NCBI GenBank assembly: GCA_964016885.1
Contig: OZ024745.1
Span: 105,276,001-105,340,000 of the forward strand
From: Eledone cirrhosa
Taxonomy: Eukaryota
Direction of reading: 5' to 3'
DNA: 64,000 nt
The notes below the pieces were generated by a model, which worked only from the letters and a program-made list of their open reading frames with translations, ran no database searches and had not been told where the DNA came from. Positions 56,189-64,000 of the stretch are shown piece after piece. How positions within the stretch are numbered: the first letter of the stretch is position 1; each line of letters begins with the position of its first letter. The position numbers were made by a program, and so were the translations under genes.

Positions 56189-56299
56189 AACGAGTAGGAC
56201 CCCGACGGCTGAGCTCAAGCCGTTTCGACGGTTAATTCTGGACTAAATTAGCCGTCGAAACGGCTTGAGCTCAGCCGTCGGGGTCCTACTCGTTCCTAT
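56184..56299. repeat. Near-perfect ~50-bp-arm hairpin containing the HHR 3' half
   Basis: GAAA-CGGCT TGAGCTC AGCCG-TC-GGGG in the arm. The CUGANGA half is absent. Confidence 0.85.
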
Positions 56300-56699
56300 T
56301 ACCCACTCTACTACCCTAAGTATTGAGTACTTTGGTGCGTTATGGTCCATCTGGTTCCTTACCACATTTCCTTCGTTATATATATATATATTGAAAATGC
56401 TGTATATCCTATACAGCCTATAGGTTATTTACGTTTATTTAGTCAACAAAAATACAGCGAGTTATATATGTTTTTTCTTTTTGTACGGTGGCAATCAATA
56501 GAAGAAAATAAACCAAATACTTTTATCCTTAATTTTCAATGCAGTTCTATAATAAAACAATTTGAAAGGTTTCCTAAGAAGAATTAACAAGTCATCTTCA
56601 TGGAACGGGGGCCGCAATAGTAAGACGTAAAAAGTCTTAAATGTTTATATGATATAAGCTTCATTTAAACATTCTTTCTAAGTGACATGTTTTTATGGT

Positions 56700-58450
56700 A
56701 AATTACTCTGATATTTATTGTGAAATTGTTTTTTGTCGTTCTAAGTCAATGAGATAGTTTTAATTTTAAGAATGACCGAACTCTATCCATGGTTGATATG
56801 CTTCTTTCGCTTGTGATTGGATTTGTAGGAACTGTCAGAAAAAGTTGAAATAGTCTAACACTTTCAGACATAACAGGCAGGACACCCATTTCATTGCATA
56901 ACGCTAAAATCTCATCATCATTAAACATTATATGTCATTATCATTATACTTATAAAGGCGGTGGATTGGCAGTATCGGTAGAGGGCCGGACGCCATGCTT
57001 CTGACGCATAGAGTTACAGCCCTTGCCATTCTGAGTTCAAATCCCGCCGAGGTTAACTTTGCCTTCCATCCTTACGGGGTCGATAAAATAAAGTACCAGT
57101 AATACACTGGGTAATTGCTGGCCTTGTGCCAAAAAGTAGAAACAATTATCATTATACTTATGCCTGATTACACAGATTTTACGATCTGAGTTCAAATCCC
57201 GCCGAGGTTGACTTTGCCTTTCACATCCTTACGGGGTCGATACAATAAAGTACCAGTAATACACTGGGTAATTGCTGGCATTGTGCCAAAAAGTAGAAAC
57301 AATTATCATTATACTTATGCCTGATTACACAGATTTTACGATCTGAGTTCAAATCCCGCCGAGGTTGACTTTGCCTTTCACATCCTTACGGGGTCGATAA
57401 AATAAAGTACCAGTAATGCACTGGGTAATTGCTGGCCTTGTGCCAAAAAGTAGAAACAATTATCATTATACTTATGCCTGATTACACAGATTTTACGATC
57501 TGAGTTCAAATCCCGCCGAGGTTGACTTTGCCTTTCACATCCTTACGGGGTCGATAAAATAAAGTACCAGTAATGCACTGGGTAATTGCTGGCCTTGTGC
57601 CTAAAGTAGAAACAATTATACTTATGCCTGACTTAATTTACTAAGGATTAGTAATAACACATATTAGGATATTAACGCGTCATAGCTGTCACGGTTCCTG
57701 ATTGCATTACATTGTCTCACACAGTGAAGGAATGCTGATATTCAAATTTCTAAAATATGTTTCCACTAGATGATGTCCATTTACTAAAGCTGTGTAAATG
57801 TGAAAAATATATCTTAACTATCTTAATTTTCTCAGAACTTCTACTCAAATACTCAAAACTAATTTAAATCCCTGTGCATAACAATAAATGAAATCGCCAT
57901 ATTTAAACTCCTATGCCTTCAATTTTGTTTGCACTCTGTCTCGTTCACCTGCTTGTACAGCTTCTCTGTCGGGCATTTGGTTAAATAATTTAGTTTTAGA
58001 ATTTCTAAAGGATTTTAATAGATTTTCGTTCATCAATATTAACGTTAAAAATCTTTCATTTATTCTGCACCCGGTTACATACCTGACGAAAATAGAGAAA
58101 TTGGCAAGCATTGCACAACAAGTAGTTTTATCTGGCTGAATTGATATAAACGAAGTAGTTTCACATCAGTTATTAAGTTATCACTTGCAGACATGTCATT
58201 TTGTATTGTACTTGAAACTATAGGAAAATACTTTGATCCTTCTGTAGAAGAATGTCTTGTTCCAAAGATAATATATATTTCAACAAAACATTCCATAACT
58301 CATAATAATTATCTTTATTGGAGCTATCTTTTCCTTCTCCATGTTTAGACAATGGCAATTCTTGTTTGCGAAGATATAATACAACGTTTATTGACTGTTT
58401 TAGATATTGTCTATTTTCTTGAACTCATTTGATATGCTGTTCTTTTTCAA
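56700..58450 (-). pseudogene. Decayed hAT (ZMYM1-like) transposase
   Basis: YLRKQELPL..HGE.., SSTIQND, SIFVRYV..INERFL, and the dimerisation motif LFLTVPTNPITSERSISTMDRVRSFL. Interrupted by a SINE array. Confidence 0.7.
56956..57630 (+). repeat. Full SINE followed by three 157-bp tandem units (flank + SINE 3' part)
   Basis: ATTATACTTATGCCTGATTACACAGATTT recurs at 57151, 57308 and 57465. Confidence 0.88.
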
Positions 58451-59159
58451 ACCTTTCAGTTGCACCTATAGCAATCACCATGTAATACACAGAAAATTAT
58501 TTCAAACATGTGTAATTATTTAAATAACTCAGCTTTAGAATGATGTTTATAGTTACTCAGAATATATTTCAAATTACTATAACTGTTATCGGTCCAGGAT
58601 TAACAAGATTTAGGCTGAAAAAAGCAAACAAGGAAAACAGTATAGACGTTTTTAGATATATTTGAACATACCCAATTAATCTGTTCATAACATCTGATTT
58701 GAAATAGACGTGTAACACAGCATAGTTTTCATTAGAGAAGTAGCATAGCCTGATTTGATATTTTCTCACCTTCCAATGATATTCCTCTGTCCAAATGATT
58801 TTACTTTTGATTCCATCACTATATCATTTTCCTTTGTGGATAAATTGATATATATTTCATCAACAGTTCAGGTTTCCCTGATTAACAAGTTGCAATGAGG
58901 TCAAACAATACAAGAATAAATGGCGCACAAATAAATTGAAATAAATTGGCTTCTTGAAGAACACAACGCGCCATTGGGAAGCGAACTTAAGATTTTATGA
59001 TCACCAATCCCTAATTATTTAGCCTCATGCCCCCTCTTTCTCTTTACACACAAAAACATAAACACACAAACACACATACACACACATAAACAAAATCACA
59101 CTTACACTCACACACGCGCGCACATATGCACACACATATATATATATTTACATAAATAT

Positions 59160-59206
<47 letters not shown>

Positions 59207-59226
59207 AACATGTATATGTGTGTGTG

Positions 59227-59274
<48 letters not shown>

Positions 59275-59659
59275 GGCATTGACACAGAAGCACAGATACA
59301 CACACATAGATCAATACATGATATGCAGGCACACACACACACACACACACACACAGAATAAATCCCTATTATACACATCACATCAAAGTAACTCGCTTAG
59401 CGGTAAAAGATCAAAAGACACATAAGTATTCTAAACTCAACCTTGTCACCCGTTGCTGCATTTACTGCTTTCTCGTTTTTATCGGGCACATATTCTAGGA
59501 CTGAGTTGAAGGTAAATTTATGCTCGTTAACGTTATAAAGCGGAAGCAAAACTTGGGAGTATTTTATTGTCAATAGTTCATGCCAGAATTTGTCGGCCCG
59601 AGTTAAGGTTCTGGGTCCTTGCATATATAAGTTAAGAATGAAGGTAGTGCTCTAAGATA

Positions 59660-59856
59660 CATACCTGCCAACCTGTAAAGACTTAAACGGAGAGTACCAC
59701 GAAAAAATGCCCCCAAACGAGGAGAAATGAGGCAAAATCGGGATATTTTACAAACATACTGAAAGTTATACCCAATTTCACTAGAGAAGACATCTCACAC
59801 TCACCACAAAATGGGTAGGAGATCTTCCTGTACGACTGGGAGAGTTGACAGGTCTG
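59660..59856. mobile_element. MITE copy (CATACCTGCCAAC..GTTGACAGGTCTG)
   Basis: Homologous to 41036-41230 in opposite orientation. Confidence 0.75.
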
Positions 59857-60104
59857 AAATAAGGAGTGTTTCATGTCAATAGTTCATGCCAGAATTTGCC
59901 GGATCGAGTTAAGGTATAGGGTCCTTGCATATATAAGATAAAAATGAAGGTAGTCCAATTGAAATATGCGTGACAGTTGGGTTACTTGAATTTAGCCCAC
60001 CTTGCTCGTGTATTGCCATCGCCACTGAAATATACGAGTATACATACATACATACATACATACATACATACATACATACATACATACATACATACATACA
60101 TTCA

Positions 60105-60990
60105 TACAAATGGCTGTGATACCCGGCACCTTCAAAGTTTGCAAAACATTCTTGCGAATTCAAGGGATGACTATTTCGTTTCTTTTACAACCTTGGGTGG
60201 CCGGTCAAAAATGTTGTCGAAATTAAGAGAAAGGGATACATACATATAAGAATATAGACCAGAGTATGACTGAACTTGGATTTGTGAACAAAGAGTGCAG
60301 CTCCCTAATTCATAGACTACAAATAGCCGCAGTATTTGGCACCTTAAAAATTTGACAATTTCTTTCTTTTACAGCGATGCCACCAGGAAGGCGGCCGGTC
60401 AAAAATGTACTCGAAATTAAGAGAAAAAGAACATACATACATACTTATCTACATACATACATACATACATACATACATACATACATACATACATACATAC
60501 ATACACATGGCACTAAGGAATACTGGTGGAACCTGAAAATAAAAACTGCCACAAATTAAAGCACAACCGACCTGATATTGTTGTTTGGAACCATACATTG
60601 AAAACGTGTTCTGTTGTGGAGATCAGCTGCCCACTTAATGTAAACGTTTTCAGAAAAATAGAGGAGAAGGAGGACATCTACGGACCATTGATGAGGAGTT
60701 TACAAATCCAGTATCCAAGATACACCTTTAGCTTCATACCCATCATTATTGGAGCTACGGGTTATATACCAACCCGCTTGGACCAAAGTATGACTGAACT
60801 TGGATTTGCGGACAAAGTGCGCAGCTCCCTAATTCATAGTCTACAAATGGCTGCGAAGGCTGGCACCTTCAAAATTTGCAAAACATTCTTGCGATTCAAG
60901 GGATGACAATTTCTTTTCTTTTACAACCTTGCCACCAGGAAGGTGGCCGGTCAAAAAAATATACTCGAAATTAAGAGAAAGAGATAACAT
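60105..60990 (+). mobile_element. Three stacked 3' fragments of RLE LINE family 2 in (CATA)n
   Basis: Longest copy 60507-60985 encodes KHNRPDIVVW..VEISCP..EKEDIY..IIIGATG. All three end GAAATTAAGAGAAA..-(CATA)n. Confidence 0.8.
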
Positions 60991-61012
60991 ACATACACAC
61001 ACATACATATGT

Positions 61013-61109
<97 letters not shown>

Positions 61110-62039
61110 AGTATATTTGCATATGTATATGAGTGTGCGTGCGTGTGTATGTGCGTAAGTATGTGTGTGTGTTTGTGTATGCGTGTGTCTATGTAACTAT
61201 GTGTGGGCGCGCTTATCTATGAGTGATGAGATTCGTTTCAATTCTTTTGTTTAATGTCTCATTTGTATTCGTAGTTCGATCGCCTCCTGCTGCGTTACAC
61301 GAAACATAAAATTGCACATCGGAAATTATTATCAGTGAATTCTTACCAATAGATAAAAAGCCGGTTTACATCTCAGAAACCAGATTCTTTCATTGGAATT
61401 TAGACAACATTAACTAGGTAAACATTTCTGTACATTTGTACAGACGACACATGTGTGTATGTGTCGTGAGTGTGTGTGTTTGTGTGTGTTTGTGATATGT
61501 GTGTGTGTATTTGTGTGATGTGTGTGTGCATGCGTCTCAATGTGAGTGAAATTGTTTTGATTCATGCATATATTTATTTACATACATATATGTTTATACG
61601 TGTGTATATATATATATGTACATAATACAGACAAAACTTTTGGAATATGTTATATATTTTTCCAGTTGGAATTGTAATTTTCTAATTTGGTGTTTCCTGT
61701 CTGGTTTTGTAAAGTCCGGTTTCTCAATATTTTTGCTGAAACATTATATAGTAATATGCTCAATTATTCACAGGTATACATAAGAAAATATGGATTTGAT
61801 GCAGTAATATTATATATACACACACACACTCTCTCTCACACACACAAACACATTCATACAAGTAGATATATATGTATATATATATATATATACTTGTATA
61901 AATGTGTTTGTGTGTGTGAGAGAGAGTGTGTGTGTGTATATATAATATTATAATATAACCATTGTGTGTGTATATATATAATATTATAATATAACCATTG
62001 TGTGTGTATATATATAATATTATAATATAACCATTCGAG

Positions 62040-62228
62040 GGTGGTGGATTGGCAGTATCGGTAGAGGGTCGGACGTCATGCTTTCCAGCATAGTTACGTC
62101 CCTTTACGATCTGAGTTCAAATCCCGCCGAGGTTGACTTTGCCTTTCATCCTTACGGGGTAGATAAAATAAAGTACCAGTAATGCACTGGGTAATTGCTG
62201 GCCTTGTGCCTAAAGTAGAAACAATTAT
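62040..62228 (+). mobile_element. tRNA-derived SINE with TSD
   Basis: Consensus match, with ATTATAATATAACCATTC on both sides. Confidence 0.85.
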
Positions 62229-62577
62229 AATATAACCATTCTGTTGAGAACTTAATTCGTTTTGTGATATTTTGCAATTTTGCAATAATAACACACACTG
62301 AATTCATCCGCCAAAACTAAGGGTTGCCCTCCTTGTCGAGCCCCACGTGGGTTTTGATAACGGTCAGTCCTTCACTTGGCACTTGAACTAAAAGCCTGTT
62401 GAGAAAGTGACTTCCTTGTTCAATCATCTTACCAAAAGCTTAACATTATTTGTCTAAGCGGATAGTACTTGATTTAGGAGTTGCAGAAACCCAAATGCTG
62501 GATATTTTACCAACCTTCCAGGGTATAATTTTTCAATCATATTCCAGGGTATAATAGCCGAAATACGATTCTCGCTA

Positions 62578-62621
<44 letters not shown>

Positions 62622-62842
62622 CTATATATGAAAATTAGAGTTAACACTCCAATTGAAGTTTTAACTCTAATTTTCATTTATATTTCTGCTCCCTCACAAG
62701 TCGAGCTTATTAAGTTGTGTGTGTTGGACTGTTGTTTCTATTCAATACACGCTTACCACGTTTGACTAGCGGCGCACGAGGTGATACATTTCATCTTTCT
62801 GTGTGAACGTTGGTACATAGTGTTTGCTGCATTTAATCAGAT

Positions 62843-62923
62843 TCTCTCGCTGATGATGCCTAAGGATTATCTGTTACAAACACACTCAGGGCGAAACAGA
62901 TTAGGGATAATCTGTCCGAGAGA
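62843..62923 (+). ncRNA. Complete type I hammerhead ribozyme
   Basis: TCTCTCG-CTGATGA-T GCC..GGC-GAAA-CAGATTA GGGA TAATCTG-TC-CGAGAGA: 7-bp stem I, 8-bp stem III, GUC site at 62914-62916. Confidence 0.85.
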
Positions 62924-63076
62924 TAAAATGGTTATTGGGGCGGTTTGTATAATAATATATTTTTATTTTATCATTCTGTCTGCTTCTTGGTTAAATATTT
63001 CAAACAAATGTGGTTTTTCAACCCTTGTAATATTAGACACACGGTTTACTGTGTTTCTTACTGCATATATATTATA

Positions 63077-63131
<55 letters not shown>

Positions 63132-63137
<6 letters not shown>

Positions 63138-63475
63138 TAAGAGGAATTCCAACTTTGTCTGATTTACTCGTTTAATTTACAATCCTTTAAAATTTATAAT
63201 GGTATTATAAATAAATAATATGATAGAATATTAAGTGTTAAGTGTTAATTGAACAAGTACTTTCATGCTTTCGCAATCTTCAGGTTCATAATGTGTGGTG
63301 ACAGTCAAGTTTGCAATTTTCAACTTGACTGTCACCACACATTATAAACCTGAAGATTAACACTTAACATTTAATATTCTATCATATTATTTCATTATAA
63401 TACCATTATATATTTTAAAGGATTGTAAATTAAACGAGTAAATCAGACAAAGCTGGAATTCATCTTATTAATATA
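63132..63475. repeat. Long inverted repeat with HHR in the left arm (63250-63288, minus)
   Basis: Reverse complement TGAAC-CTGAAGA-T TGC GAAA GCA T-GAAA-G TA CTT-GTTCA. The right arm lacks the segment after CTGAAGA. Confidence 0.82.
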
Positions 63476-63494
63476 ATCTTCTATACACCCGTGT

Positions 63495-63660
<166 letters not shown>

Positions 63661-63791
63661 GTGAGGTTTTTTTTACAAAATGAAAAATAACCGAGGTGTC
63701 CTACACGAGTGAAAGTATAAAGAAACAGAGATGAAATCGAAAATGCAACTGAAGTCTTATTTAAAAAAAATATATATATATTTATTTGGTT

Positions 63792-63829
63792 CCTTTACCG
63801 GTTTCGCAGTTCTTCTGCTTTTCAAAAGG
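63792..63829 (-). ncRNA. Minimal hammerhead ribozyme, U3:A8 variant
   Basis: Reverse complement CCTT-TTGAAAA-GCAG AAGAA CTGC-GAAA-C CG GTA-AAGG, then AATAAA. Palindromic stem III ACCGGT. Confidence 0.8.
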
Positions 63830-64000
63830 TGAGTTGAGATGGAGGGTCTGTGGTTTTTTTCTATATATATATATATATATATATAGTAATAATAATAAAT
63901 TTGAAGACTAAAATCCAAAGAGGGCTCGATAAGGATAAATATATATCAAATATATAAGAACCGTAGAGCAAATATTTATTAAAATAACAGATTAAAGTTT

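Noticed and set aside
56956-57630. CRISPR-like regular repeat array
   Set aside because: The units are whole tandem duplications with identical spacers, SINE-derived, in a eukaryotic context with no cas genes.

Overview
This is an AT-rich, microsatellite-saturated eukaryotic window. The repeat content suggests a cephalopod (Octopus-like) genome, which is an inference. No confident host protein-coding gene is present, and nearly all listed ORFs are artefacts of (TA)n, (CA)n, (GA)n, (TACA)n and (ACT)n repeats. The real coding material is transposon-derived: two tandem, near-identical 5'-truncated Dong/R4-type RT+RLE LINEs in a (TAA)n tract, L1/Tx1-like 3' fragments, a second RLE family, Penelope-like (PLE) GIY-YIG fragments, a deleted mariner, a decayed hAT transposase, and RTE and Vingi-like remnants. 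There are also about 25 copies of a tRNA-derived SINE and several MITEs. The most striking unannotated signal is a dense set of type-I hammerhead ribozyme (HHR) motifs: about a dozen complete or near-complete cores from several sequence families, plus half-motifs. They sit in short PLE-terminus cassettes (HHR, AATAAA-like signal, short tail, (TA)n) that are often folded into long inverted repeats. Several carry the compensatory U3:A8 core and palindromic stem III loops suited to dimeric cleavage. Different retroelement families also appear to use different microsatellite motifs as landing sites, and the SINE 3' tail resembles the 3' end of the Tx1-like LINE.
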